Source: Candidatus Bathyarchaeota archaeon
Lineage (GTDB): Archaea; Thermoproteota; Bathyarchaeia; Bathyarchaeales; Bathycorpusculaceae
Assembly: GCA_963806535.1 (NCBI GenBank)
Contig: CAWDYC010000010.1
Coordinates: 1-64,000 of the forward strand
DNA: 64,000 bases
Reading direction: 5' to 3'
Below the pieces are notes generated by a model. It searched no databases. It was not told the DNA's origin and worked only from the letters and a program-made list of their open reading frames with translations. The translations under genes and the position numbers were made by a program. Positions 32,286 to 42,281 of the stretch are shown here, one piece after another. Each line of letters starts with the position of its first letter. The first letter of the stretch is position 1.

Positions 32286-32531
32286 TTGACAATCGTTCAA
32301 GCCAACGAATGGGATTCAGAGCCTAGAACAGAACCAACTCCCAGAACCGAGCCCGAAGCCCGAACCGAACCAGCCCCCAGGACAGAAATAGCTGCGAGAA
32401 CGGAACCAGAAAACAATTGCATACAGTCAATTAAGTGCCCTTCTTGCGGTTATCATATGATATGTTCTAAAGGAACTGGGAAGCAAAGTATCAATTGCAC
32501 AAAATGTGGAAACGAAATCCAAATAGAATAG
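32286..32531 (+). CDS. Small protein with five xRTEP hexapeptide repeats and a C-terminal Zn ribbon
   Basis: PRTEPT PRTEPE ARTEPA PRTEIA ARTEPE; CPSC..CTKC. Confidence 0.6.
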   Translation: MTIVQANEWDSEPRTEPTPRTEPEARTEPAPRTEIAARTEPENNCIQSIKCPSCGYHMICSKGTGKQSINCTKCGNEIQIE

Positions 32532-32583
32532 AGCTGGCTGTAAACTATGATTACCAGTAACCAAATATTTTACTTGCTAACTA

Positions 32584-32598
32584 CTTACTCCAAGTAAG
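32584..32598. promoter_or_regulatory. Palindrome upstream of the clpB promoter, candidate operator
   Basis: CTTACT-cca-AGTAAG just before an AT-rich TATA-like stretch. Confidence 0.3.
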
Positions 32599-32661
32599 AA
32601 ATTATTTATTGTATTATAAATTTGTAAATTCAAGATTATCTATTAAAGAAGGATACCACAA

Positions 32662-35256
32662 ATGAACTTGAACAATTTCACAATTAAATCGCAAGAAGTC
32701 ATTCAGAAAGCCACCGAAATTGCTATGGCAAAACAGAACCAATCAATTGAACCCTCACATTTATTGAAGGGAATATTGATGGTTGATGAAAATGTTGTTC
32801 CCTATTTATTGAGGAAATTAAATGTAAACTTTGATGTTTTTTCAAAGGAACTTGATAAAATAATTGATTTCTTACCTCAAGTTAGCGGAGGAGGAGAACA
32901 ATATCTTTCACCTAATTCTAATCGTGTCCTTCAGAAGGCGGAGGAAATAGCTTCAGAATTCAAGGATGAATTCATTTCTATCGAACATTTATTGTTAGGA
33001 ATTTTAACGGTAAATGATTCTGCTTCAAGATTGCTCCAGAGTAACGGAGTCACAGACAAGGATTTGAGGGCAGCAATCAAGCAATTGCGGAAAGGATCCA
33101 CCGTTAATTCTCAAACTGCAGAAGAGACCTATAATGCATTAAATAAATATGCATTGAACCTAAACGACATGGCTAGAAAGGGAAAACTTGATCCTGTCAT
33201 TGGGCGAGACGAGGAAATCCATAGAGTCCTTCAGATACTATCTCGAAGAACAAAAAACAATCCAATTTTAATCGGAGAGCCAGGTGTTGGCAAAACCGCA
33301 ATTGCAGAGGGCCTTGCTCACCGTATAATCGACGGAGATGTACCAGAGAATCTGAAATCAAAGCAAATATATTCATTAGATATGAGCGCGCTTATCGCAG
33401 GCGCAAAATTCAAAGGCGAATTTGAAGAGAGATTGAAAAGCGTTGTCAAGGAAGTTGTTTCAGCTGAAGGCGAAATAGTTCTATTCATTGACGAGATCCA
33501 CACACTCGTAGGAGCTGGTGGGGGTGAAGGCGCAATGGACGCAGCCAACATTCTAAAACCCGCATTAGCCAAGGGCGAACTACGTGCAATCGGCGCCACT
33601 ACACTAAATGAATATCAAAAGTATTTTGAAAAAGACAAAGCTCTAGAACGACGATTCCAAAAAGTTATGGTGAATGAACCAGACACGTTGGACGCCATTT
33701 CTATTCTTCGCGGTCTTAAGGAGCGTTATGAAACATATCATCACGTCAGAATAAAGGATGAAGCTATAATTGCTGCTGTTGAGCTTTCACAGAAGTATAT
33801 TTCTGACCGGTTTCTTCCGGATAAAGCAATCGATTTGATTGATGAGGCAGCATCGAAACTTCGACTTGAAATTGATTCTGCTCCTGAAGAACTTGAGAAA
33901 ATAGATCGGAAGATTCGACAATTAGAGATTGAACGTGAAGCAATTAAACGAGAGAAAGATGAAGTGAAACTTAAATCTCTAAATGAAGAGATCGCTAACC
34001 TTAGCGAAAAACGCGATCAGCTTCGAGCTAAGTGGCAGTCTGAAAAAGAAATAGTTGACAAGATTCAGATAAAAAAGAATGAAATTGAAAAACTTAAATT
34101 TGAAGATGAAAAAGCAAACCGCATTGGTGATCTTGGAAAAATCGCTGAAATTCGCTACGGCAAAATTCCGGAAGCAGAAACAACAATTAAGGGTCTGGAG
34201 AAAAAACTGTCAGAATTGCAGAAAGATTCACCCATGGTAAATGAAGAAGTTGACGCAGAAGAGATTGCCGATGTAGTTTCTCGCTGGACAGGTATCCCAG
34301 TTAGCAAAATGCTCCAGAGTGAAAAACAGAAATTGCTTAACATAGAAACAGAACTTCATATGCGGGTTGTGGGACAAGAAGAAGCAATCAGTGCAGTAGC
34401 GGATGCTATTAGGAGAAACCGCGCAGGTTTGCAGGATCCAAAACGCCCAATCGGCTCATTTATTTTCTTGGGAACAACGGGGGTTGGAAAAACCGAATTA
34501 GCAAAGGCTTTGGCTGAATTGTTATTCAATAACGAAAATAGCATGGTTAGAATTGATATGTCTGAATATCAAGAACGCCATACTGTTTCAAGACTCATCG
34601 GCGCACCTCCTGGATACGTAGGTTATGAGGAAAGTGGGCAACTAACCGAAGCTATAAGAAGAAAACCATATTCAGTTGTGCTTCTCGACGAGATTGAAAA
34701 GGCACATCCGGATGTTTTCAATATATTACTTCAAGTGCTTGACGATGGTAGATTGACTGACAACAAGGGTCGAACAGTGGATTTCAAAAATACTATAATT
34801 ATAATGACCTCAAACCTCGGATCTCACATAATACAGGAAAACCTGGAAAGAATAGATGAACATAACCGTGAAGAAATCTTAAATCAAACACGAAAACAGG
34901 TTTTCGATCTGCTGAAAAAAAGTATTAAGCCAGAATTCTTGAACCGTATCGATGAGATAATCATGTTTCAATCTCTCACGCAGGAAGAAGTGCGCGAAAT
35001 AGTAGAACTTCAATTAAAAAACGTCCAGAAGACGCTTGAAAAGAACTGCATCAAACTTACAATCACCAAAAAAGCAGTGGATTTCATTGCCCTTATCGGT
35101 TATGACCCCCAGTTCGGAGCAAGACCAATAAAACGTGTCATTCAAAAAAACATATTGAACGATTTGTCAAAAATGATCCTAGAAGAAAAAGTCGACAAAG
35201 ACTCAGTAATCGTGGTTGATGTGAAAAACGGTAAATTTGTATTTACAAATAAATAA
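32662..35256 (+). CDS. clpB: ClpB disaggregase
   Basis: Two AAA+ modules (GEPGVGKT, GTTGVGKT), coiled-coil M domain, GYVG pore loop, GARP. Confidence 0.97.
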   Translation: MNLNNFTIKSQEVIQKATEIAMAKQNQSIEPSHLLKGILMVDENVVPYLLRKLNVNFDVFSKELDKIIDFLPQVSGGGEQYLSPNSNRVLQKAEEIASEFKDEFISIEHLLLGILTVNDSASRLLQSNGVTDKDLRAAIKQLRKGSTVNSQTAEETYNALNKYALNLNDMARKGKLDPVIGRDEEIHRVLQILSRRTKNNPILIGEPGVGKTAIAEGLAHRIIDGDVPENLKSKQIYSLDMSALIAGAKFKGEFEERLKSVVKEVVSAEGEIVLFIDEIHTLVGAGGGEGAMDAANILKPALAKGELRAIGATTLNEYQKYFEKDKALERRFQKVMVNEPDTLDAISILRGLKERYETYHHVRIKDEAIIAAVELSQKYISDRFLPDKAIDLIDEAASKLRLEIDSAPEELEKIDRKIRQLEIEREAIKREKDEVKLKSLNEEIANLSEKRDQLRAKWQSEKEIVDKIQIKKNEIEKLKFEDEKANRIGDLGKIAEIRYGKIPEAETTIKGLEKKLSELQKDSPMVNEEVDAEEIADVVSRWTGIPVSKMLQSEKQKLLNIETELHMRVVGQEEAISAVADAIRRNRAGLQDPKRPIGSFIFLGTTGVGKTELAKALAELLFNNENSMVRIDMSEYQERHTVSRLIGAPPGYVGYEESGQLTEAIRRKPYSVVLLDEIEKAHPDVFNILLQVLDDGRLTDNKGRTVDFKNTIIIMTSNLGSHIIQENLERIDEHNREEILNQTRKQVFDLLKKSIKPEFLNRIDEIIMFQSLTQEEVREIVELQLKNVQKTLEKNCIKLTITKKAVDFIALIGYDPQFGARPIKRVIQKNILNDLSKMILEEKVDKDSVIVVDVKNGKFVFTNK

Positions 35257-35299
35257 TAAATATCAACCGCTAAGTTGCTAGAATGTTCTCGCAAGTAAA

Positions 35300-35505
35300 G
35301 GTTCTGGTTTAAAAAAGCAACATAAAACACAAAGAAAACCTCTTCCAAAAAATCCATCAATAACCTTCGAGACACAATAGACCACCTTATATCTTCCTTT
35401 TTCTTCCAGATTTTTCCATTTTCCTACATTTAAAGACGCAACCTGCAAACAAACCAAAGCCTAAATCAGAAAAGCAACCCAAAACACAAAGACCAAAATT
35501 TGTTG
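35300..35505 (+). repeat. Phased-array/core element R10
   Basis: Half core + tail, ttcc-type array, full core GACGCAACCTGCAAACAAACCAAAGCCTAAATCAGAAAAGCAACCCAAAACACAAAG. Confidence 0.92.
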
Positions 35506-35586
35506 ACAAAAAATTCAAAACTAAAAAATCTATAATAAGATAAAAAACTGCCTTTATATTTTTATCAAGCTAATTATATTGAGCAT

Positions 35587-36805
35587 ATGCTTAAGTTAAC
35601 AAAACGAACTTTACCTCTCTTGTTCTTGCTCTTAACTTCTCTGATAACAACTAACTTGATGCTGGTTAATGCTGAATTTACAACAGATCAATCTGGAATG
35701 ATTAAAGGTGTATTAGCTCATGAGATGACCTCTCAAGAAGCTCAAACTTTGGCAAAGTCCAATATCACTTGGGTCAGTTGCGATGTAACATTTGATCGCT
35801 CCGACTCCAGTAATTGGTATCATGATTTACTCTTTAGCAAAGCAATACAATCTAAATTTATTGGGGATTCTTGATTGGCATCTTATGAATTATAGTCAAA
35901 CCTTTCAACTAAACGATTGGGATAACGCTGTGAATCAAGCAGTAAGCGAGTTTGGCGATGTAGTTAAAACTTGGGAGATATGGAATGAACCAAATTTTGC
36001 CTGGAATTCCTTTGGGTACTATAATGGAACTGCACAGCAATATGTAGCTCTTATGCAAACTGCTTATGACAACATAAAAGCCGCTGCCCCTAATGATGTC
36101 GTAATAGGATTAGGCGGGGTACCGTTATTCACGGGCTCAGAACCCACTATGGCTAACACATATGCCCAACAAGCCTATGCCTGGACGCAAAATGTGGTAC
36201 AATTAGGCGGAATGAAATATTGTGACGCTATAGCTGTACATGCCTATCCTTATGGAGAATATAATCAAATCAGCCAGCTCGCATGGCAATATTTTCTTCA
36301 AAATTACCAACAATTATGTCAAGAAAAACCCATCTGGGTTACAGAAGTAGGACAAGAATCCTACAGCACTAACTACACGGCTTCAGAAACTCTGCAATCT
36401 GCTTTCTTAACTCAAAGCTACACGCTGCTTCAAAGTTTAGGTGTTAAAGCATACATATGGTACGAACTTAACGATAATTACACAAACAGACCAAACTCTA
36501 ACTTTGGTCTCTTTGATAACGGCGGAAATCCAAAAGACTCGTTAAGCGCATTTGCGAATTCAACTTCTCCAAATTCACCCCCAACCCCTGAGGCTTCATC
36601 CACTTCTTCACCCGTCATAACCCCCACACCAACTGTTGCCTTGACCCCATCGACCACCGATACTCCAACGCCAACCGCCCCAGAATTTTCATTTGGGCTA
36701 GTTCTTGTTTTAATTATCGCGATATCCTTTTGCACCACTCTAATTAAAAAATGGACACAAGCAATCATAATAAAAAAACCGTTCTGCAGAAAAATCCATC
36801 AATAA
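35587..36805 (+). CDS. Secreted clan GH-A glycoside hydrolase (GH5/GH39-like) with S/T/P linker and PEF-CTERM-like anchor (frameshift ~35825)
   Basis: Signal peptide, WEIWNEPN, DAIAVHAY, IWVTEVG, PEF + TM. Confidence 0.82.
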
Positions 36806-36940
36806 TTTGTTCTTTGTGACGTTCTATGACTTTTGGTGACGCGTAGTGACGTTTAGTGACGTTCTATGACGTTTAGAGACGGATAGTGACGCATCCTAAA
36901 GACAAAGCAAGCTCAAAACCAAAAAAGCAACCCAAAATCT
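36785..36940 (+). repeat. Phased-array/core element R11
   Basis: Eight GAC ending exactly at 36820, 36830...36890, then GCATCCT..CAAGCTCAAAACCAAAAAAGCAACCCAAAA. Confidence 0.92.
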
Positions 36941-36951
36941 CAGCTATTTAT

Positions 36952-39210
36952 TCACGATTTATTTACTTTGAAAACAGCGGCTTGGTCATTCTTGAAGACA
37001 AGAGTAAACATTGGGTCGTCTGAGAACCGTGGAATCTGTTTTAAGTCTCGAATAGCGATGTATGATATTTTCCAGTCTTTTATTGCGGTTTGATAGTCAA
37101 AGTAGTTAAGCGGCTGGTTTGAGGTCTTGTCGAGATATTTTTTCGAGTTATTATCTATTAAATTGTTCCAATTCGTTTGATTGATATCCGCTTGGACGTT
37201 AAATTGGCAGAGCCCTACAAAAAAGCTAATCGTTGAGGTGGCGTTTCCTTGTAGATTGTAGCTAAGTTGGTACGAATTGGAGTTTTGCTCCATGATTACG
37301 TTGTTGCCGAGTTCTCCTGAAGGGAAAACTATTTGGTTTACTTCATGTAACACATTATCGATTATGCCGATGCTGTTGCCTGATTGGTCGGGGAAACCTC
37401 GTGCTTGAAAGGGCAGTTGTAGCCAATCAAAATTGACGGAGCTGTCATTGCTTTGGAAGGCAAACGAAATCTGCGCAAAACCAACTCCTTTGTAAACAGT
37501 TATTTGTTCAGTGATTTTGAGCAAGTTGTTTTCTCTTGTCACGATAAAGGATGCGTTGTTTACGTTGCTTTCCACCATGGTGCTTGTTTGAGTGAATCCC
37601 GCTACGCTAAGCTGTTGCGGTAAGCCATTCTCTCGATATAACAGGCTGATTTGGGTGTCATTTAATATGAAAACAGGTGGATGAACGTATGAACTGTTTA
37701 GATCCGCCAAAACTTCATGTGTATTATCTTTAGAGTAAGCCCCTGCCTGTTGAACCTCAATTAGCCCATTGTCCACTATATAGTCGGCAGTCAACAGGTT
37801 TGTTGCCACAGTCGCTGGTCCAACCTCATGCTGCAAAATCAAATACTGAGGGTCAACCGCGCTTAATGTTGGTCTTTGAGCAAATCCAGAAAGCCACCAA
37901 CCGAACTCCGCGTCCGCCACACAGATTGAGCCGACAGAAGTATTGGCTTTAACCCATTGTATTGCTTTATATTCTGAAGGATTCATAACTTGGAAATAAT
38001 TCGCTTGTGCAACACCAGTGTTTGGTAATGAGAAAAGAGGCGTGAACAGCACCAAAACCACGAGTGTTGCTATTAAGAACGTCGTTGCAGCTTTTTTTGA
38101 CACCTTGCTGGCCGGTTTGAAGTTGATTTTAAGCTTGGTAGCTTTTTGAAGAACTTGTACTGCCCAGGAAAGAGCGTTTGGTAAACTTGTAATTACTAGC
38201 GAGAGACAGATAAAGGCGGGAAGCGCCAGGAAATAGAGAAACCGTTCATAATCCAAGTAGACGCCAAACAAGTAGCTTTGAGTTCCTAACGCGGGAACAA
38301 GTAGCCATGATGTAAACAGAATAGCTGGGACTGAAAGGAATTTTGCCTTTTTATACTTTGAAAAAACAAAGAACAGAAAAACTGGAACTAAGCTTAAACA
38401 GATGATTTCAAGAGGCGCAAGTCTGGTTTGAAGAACTGCTTGGCTGGTTTTTGCAGCTGCATCAATTATTGTGCCTTGTGAACCAAAATAAATTGGAAAC
38501 ACATTGATTAGATAGGGAGAAACCAGCAAAAACCCGACGCAAATTGGCATCAGCCAAAAGAAAGCTTGGTTTTTTGATAGCCCCGTTTGTTTTGAAAACA
38601 CTCCGCAAATAAAGAGGGTCAACAATGTTATTCCAACGAAAATCAACCCACTAAAAACATGGGTTAAGAAAAGAGCGCTAACTAGAATGGACGCGACAGC
38701 AACATAACTTTTAGATGAAAGCTTTGATGGCTGCAGAAACAAGCAAAAAACAACCGAAATCAGCGTCAAGGCAACTATGTTTGGGTATCCAGCCCAGCCT
38801 AACATAATGATGTCACCGGCTGAGAAAGTAGCAAAAACAGCAACAACAAAGCCTGCTAACTCACTCCATACTTGTCTTACAATCAGGAAAGAGCACAAAA
38901 CCAAAAAAGCTGAAAAGAACGAAGCCACCAAAGCCTGTGCTAAATAGTCAGGTAATTCAGTCATACTTATCATGAATGCTGCGAAAATGTGGTACCCGGG
39001 ATTCGTCGCAGATAAACCGCCACCCATCTGGTAATAATTCCAGAAGAAGCTTGGCTTTGCCGACGTGATGGATGCTATAACGCTTTGATGTAATCCGATG
39101 TCTGCACCTGGCGGGTAAGTGTTCATGGTAACTAGGAAAAATCGGTAAACAAAAGCTATGGCAAGAATGATGAATAAAAAAAGGTTCTTTCTGCTTTTCT
39201 CAACCATCAA
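36952..39210 (-). CDS. Multi-TM GT-C-like membrane protein
   Basis: About 12 TM helices, PPGADIGLH loop, YERFLYF, AIQWVKANT, soluble C-terminal domain. Confidence 0.7.
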   Translation of the reverse strand: MMVEKSRKNLFLFIILAIAFVYRFFLVTMNTYPPGADIGLHQSVIASITSAKPSFFWNYYQMGGGLSATNPGYHIFAAFMISMTELPDYLAQALVASFFSAFLVLCSFLIVRQVWSELAGFVVAVFATFSAGDIIMLGWAGYPNIVALTLISVVFCLFLQPSKLSSKSYVAVASILVSALFLTHVFSGLIFVGITLLTLFICGVFSKQTGLSKNQAFFWLMPICVGFLLVSPYLINVFPIYFGSQGTIIDAAAKTSQAVLQTRLAPLEIICLSLVPVFLFFVFSKYKKAKFLSVPAILFTSWLLVPALGTQSYLFGVYLDYERFLYFLALPAFICLSLVITSLPNALSWAVQVLQKATKLKINFKPASKVSKKAATTFLIATLVVLVLFTPLFSLPNTGVAQANYFQVMNPSEYKAIQWVKANTSVGSICVADAEFGWWLSGFAQRPTLSAVDPQYLILQHEVGPATVATNLLTADYIVDNGLIEVQQAGAYSKDNTHEVLADLNSSYVHPPVFILNDTQISLLYRENGLPQQLSVAGFTQTSTMVESNVNNASFIVTRENNLLKITEQITVYKGVGFAQISFAFQSNDSSVNFDWLQLPFQARGFPDQSGNSIGIIDNVLHEVNQIVFPSGELGNNVIMEQNSNSYQLSYNLQGNATSTISFFVGLCQFNVQADINQTNWNNLIDNNSKKYLDKTSNQPLNYFDYQTAIKDWKISYIAIRDLKQIPRFSDDPMFTLVFKNDQAAVFKVNKS

Positions 39211-39348
39211 TCCGCCGCCTAATATATATCAAGAGTAACGTTTGTCTCAATACTTGAGGGTAATTATTAACATTATCCAATATATGGCTAAATATTATTC
39301 GGATAATAAGTAAACAAGTTTTATATATCACTACTGCATCCATAGGAT

Positions 39349-40782
39349 ATGGTGTGTGTGGGTATCTTGAGACTTAACACTCGCAGTTTAAAAATTGTTA
39401 CATTAATAATATCTATATTTATAATCGGTTTAGTTTCTCCGTCGCTTGTATCAGCGCAATATTATTACCCAACATGTACTGTAACTACAACAGTTAATTA
39501 TCCTGGAGCTGGCACAATAACGCCCGGCTCCGACACCTATGGTTACGGCAACTATGTTGTGTTTTCCGAAACTACCAACCCTGGGTACTCATTCAACGGC
39601 TGGTATTTGAACGGGATTTACGAAGGCAAACTATCAAGCATGCCAGTAACAATGTACATGAATTATCAAGTCATAGCGGTTTACAGCGTTAGCGTAAATT
39701 ATCTAACACTTTCATCAAATGGTCCAGGAACCACCAACCCCGGAGGAGGCACCATAAGCTACGGTACTGGTACAACAGTTACAATTACAGAATCCCCGAA
39801 TTCGGGAGATACATTCAGCGGCTGGTACCTTGATGGAGCTTTCATGGGTACTTCAAACAGTCTTGTAGCAACTATGGACAAAGACCATCAAGTAGCTGCA
39901 TTCTTCGCAGGAAATAATAATACATCGCCCACACCAACCCCCACTTCTATGCCGGCGCCAACCCCCAATCCATATCTTATAATTCCCACTTTACAGTTTT
40001 ACTGTTCCAGTTTGACAACCAATTCTGCGTTTAACGTCGAAATTCAAGGAAATCTTGCTTACAATGGTTCAGGATTGGTTGATGCAGGCGTTTACCTTTC
40101 GTACAGTGTCACAAATGGAAATACTTGGCAAGACTTTGCCTACGTTCAAACAGGCTCTTACGGTAATTTCTCCGCTTATTGGATGCCTTCTGCTTCAGGT
40201 ATATATGTTCTTCGAGCGATCTATTTTGGCGATAGTGTGTACTCCGGAGTTTCTCAAAATGTGAACTTTGCTCTTACTCCTTCAGATAACCAAAACCAGA
40301 ATGTCTTCTCTGTAGAATCAAACTCAACAGTTACAAGTTTGTCATTTAACTCAGCCACTGATTCATTAAGTTTCAATGTTACTGGGACTTCAGGGACCAC
40401 AGGATACTCCCAAATATCTATTTCGAAAACTCTCCTACCTGATGTAACAAAGCTTCAAGTTTCGTTGGACAGCTCAACAATTTCTTATGCTTCATATTCG
40501 ACTGGGAACAATTGGCTAATAACTATCTATTACCATCACAGTAGCCACAACGTTGTGATGGCTCTTAACTCTCCAGTTTCCACTGTCAGTCCCTCCGTGA
40601 GTCCAACTTCCTCATCTACTCCCACTTCCACATCTAGTCAAACAGATTCCCCTGCTTCAAGTCCCACGCCAACTGCCACTTCTGCACCTATCCCAGAATT
40701 TCCTTTAATCCTTCTTCCAATAGTTCTGGTGATAGTTGGTTTTGCGATTAGTATCACCTTAAGAAAACGATCTTCAAAATAA
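39349..40782 (+). CDS. Surface protein with InlB B-repeat-like domains and PEF-CTERM-like anchor
   Basis: Signal peptide, two GY.F.GWY repeats, S/T/P linker, IPEFP + TM + RKR. Confidence 0.85.
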   Translation: MVCVGILRLNTRSLKIVTLIISIFIIGLVSPSLVSAQYYYPTCTVTTTVNYPGAGTITPGSDTYGYGNYVVFSETTNPGYSFNGWYLNGIYEGKLSSMPVTMYMNYQVIAVYSVSVNYLTLSSNGPGTTNPGGGTISYGTGTTVTITESPNSGDTFSGWYLDGAFMGTSNSLVATMDKDHQVAAFFAGNNNTSPTPTPTSMPAPTPNPYLIIPTLQFYCSSLTTNSAFNVEIQGNLAYNGSGLVDAGVYLSYSVTNGNTWQDFAYVQTGSYGNFSAYWMPSASGIYVLRAIYFGDSVYSGVSQNVNFALTPSDNQNQNVFSVESNSTVTSLSFNSATDSLSFNVTGTSGTTGYSQISISKTLLPDVTKLQVSLDSSTISYASYSTGNNWLITIYYHHSSHNVVMALNSPVSTVSPSVSPTSSSTPTSTSSQTDSPASSPTPTATSAPIPEFPLILLPIVLVIVGFAISITLRKRSSK

Positions 40783-40814
40783 AACGTTCCAAAGCCACAA
40801 TCTTTTTTTCTTCT

Positions 40815-40930
40815 TTTTTTGACGAATTTTAACGTTTCTAATTGTCTAATTTTGTCTAATAATGAACCTACCTGCAAAGATTTTAAGCCCTGAACAAAAA
40901 AGCAAACCAAAAACACAAAGAACAAAAATG
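40815..40930 (+). repeat. Phased-array/core element R12
   Basis: ttgac/ttgtc array + CCTACCTGCAAAG core; 40846-40915 is the exact reverse complement of 50967-51036. Confidence 0.92.
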
Positions 40931-41022
40931 CCACAATAATTTGGGTCCACTGACACCAATGCAAACGATCAGTGCAATAAGAATTATACCAGACGAATTA
41001 CATTCTTTGTTGGGATTATTTA

Positions 41023-41397
41023 ATGTTGAAGTATGCAGATTCTAAAGAGCACTTTATTTCTGACCTAAAAATTGTGAAGATCTTAAGCAATGTGCCGCAT
41101 AGTAAAGGATTTTATTTTTACTTTGATTTTGATCACTACACTGGTGAGAGTGCCACAAACTTAACTACTTTTGCTGAAAAACTTGAAACGATAACTGCTG
41201 ATTCAATAAAGTTTCATTTTCAAAGAAATGATTATCAAAACTGGATTAAAACCACAGTTGGAGATGATGTTTTAGCTGGCCGGATTAATCAAATAAACCG
41301 ACAGCTTCCTGTGGAGGATTTGAGGAAAGAACTAGTTAAAACAGTTCAAACGCGTATTGATCACTTAAAACTCCTGCACGGCGAAATGATCCGCTAA
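41023..41397 (+). CDS. DUF5752 family protein
   Basis: FYFY..YTGESA..FHFQRNDYQNWIKTTVGD; homologous to the C-half of 31461-32240. Confidence 0.8.
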   Translation: MLKYADSKEHFISDLKIVKILSNVPHSKGFYFYFDFDHYTGESATNLTTFAEKLETITADSIKFHFQRNDYQNWIKTTVGDDVLAGRINQINRQLPVEDLRKELVKTVQTRIDHLKLLHGEMIR

Positions 41398-41549
41398 CGA
41401 TAAGCATATTCATCATTCAAGTATTCCTTTCATTCATCATTTCAAAGATGCTGTCCACTTTTTTCAAATCAGAGAATGCCCAGAGACATCAGTAATATTA
41501 CTTAAATAATTTGAAGAGAATAAGCTAAAGGCTAAAAGAGTGATAAGTT

Positions 41550-42131
41550 GTGCCTGCGGAACATCTTTTTATTGTTAGGCATGGAGAAACTAAGGCTAAC
41601 GAAAAAGGCATAGAGGCTGGTCCTTTGGATTACCCCTTAATTAAGAAGGGCGTAAAAGGGGCTGAATTCATCGCCGAAAGTCTCTCGAAAATCAAAGTAA
41701 ATGCGGTTTATAGTAGTCCAATATTTCGTGCTTGTGAAACTGCGAGAATTCTTACGAAGCCACATAACTTGAAAATAAGAACACTTGAAGAACTGACTGA
41801 AGCTAAGCTTAAACCCGAAATCGTTGGCAAAGCAGGCAGGCATCACATTTTGACTGAGCCTGAAGCGTATTCAGAAACAAACAAGGAACTCTTAGATCGA
41901 ACCAAAAAAGCCATCGACCACATCAGGAAGCAAGTCAATGGTAACGCAATTGTTGTTTCTCATGGAGATGTGATTAATGCAATGCTTGAAGATGTGATTG
42001 AGAGAAGAGTAAGTGCTGAGAAATACTATGTTTTAGATACTGATCCCGCTGCGCTTAGTATTCTAAAAATTAGGGAGCGGCCTATTTTGATTCTGTATAA
42101 TTTTCATCGTAAGATGTTTGCAGAATTTTAA
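41550..42131 (+). CDS. Histidine phosphatase family protein
   Basis: RHGET, YSSP..RA.ETA, VSHG. Confidence 0.92.
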   Translation: MPAEHLFIVRHGETKANEKGIEAGPLDYPLIKKGVKGAEFIAESLSKIKVNAVYSSPIFRACETARILTKPHNLKIRTLEELTEAKLKPEIVGKAGRHHILTEPEAYSETNKELLDRTKKAIDHIRKQVNGNAIVVSHGDVINAMLEDVIERRVSAEKYYVLDTDPAALSILKIRERPILILYNFHRKMFAEF

Positions 42132-42139
42132 ATCTCGCT

Positions 42140-42222
42140 GGACGGAAAGAAACAGATAGGGCCGCAGCCTGCAAAGTCGTCAGTTTCTCTTTCAAAGAAG
42201 CAGTCTAAAACACAAAGAACCA
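42140..42222 (+). repeat. Degenerate phased-array/core element R13
   Basis: CCGCAGCCTGCAAAG..AAGCAGTCTAAAACACAAAGAAC. Confidence 0.7.
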
Positions 42223-42281
42223 CTGTTGAAGCTTTGTGTTTGGCAGAACGGTTTTATACTTAAAATTTTATTGTTCCAGCT

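Noticed and set aside
33318-34544. Antisense ORFs within clpB and similar shadows in other long genes
   Set aside because: They lie opposite confidently identified genes and have no motifs.
39246-39307. Short palindromes in the divergent promoter (CTCAA-tac-TTGAG; ATTATCC...GGATAAT)
   Set aside because: Expected by chance in AT-rich DNA, and no second copy was seen.
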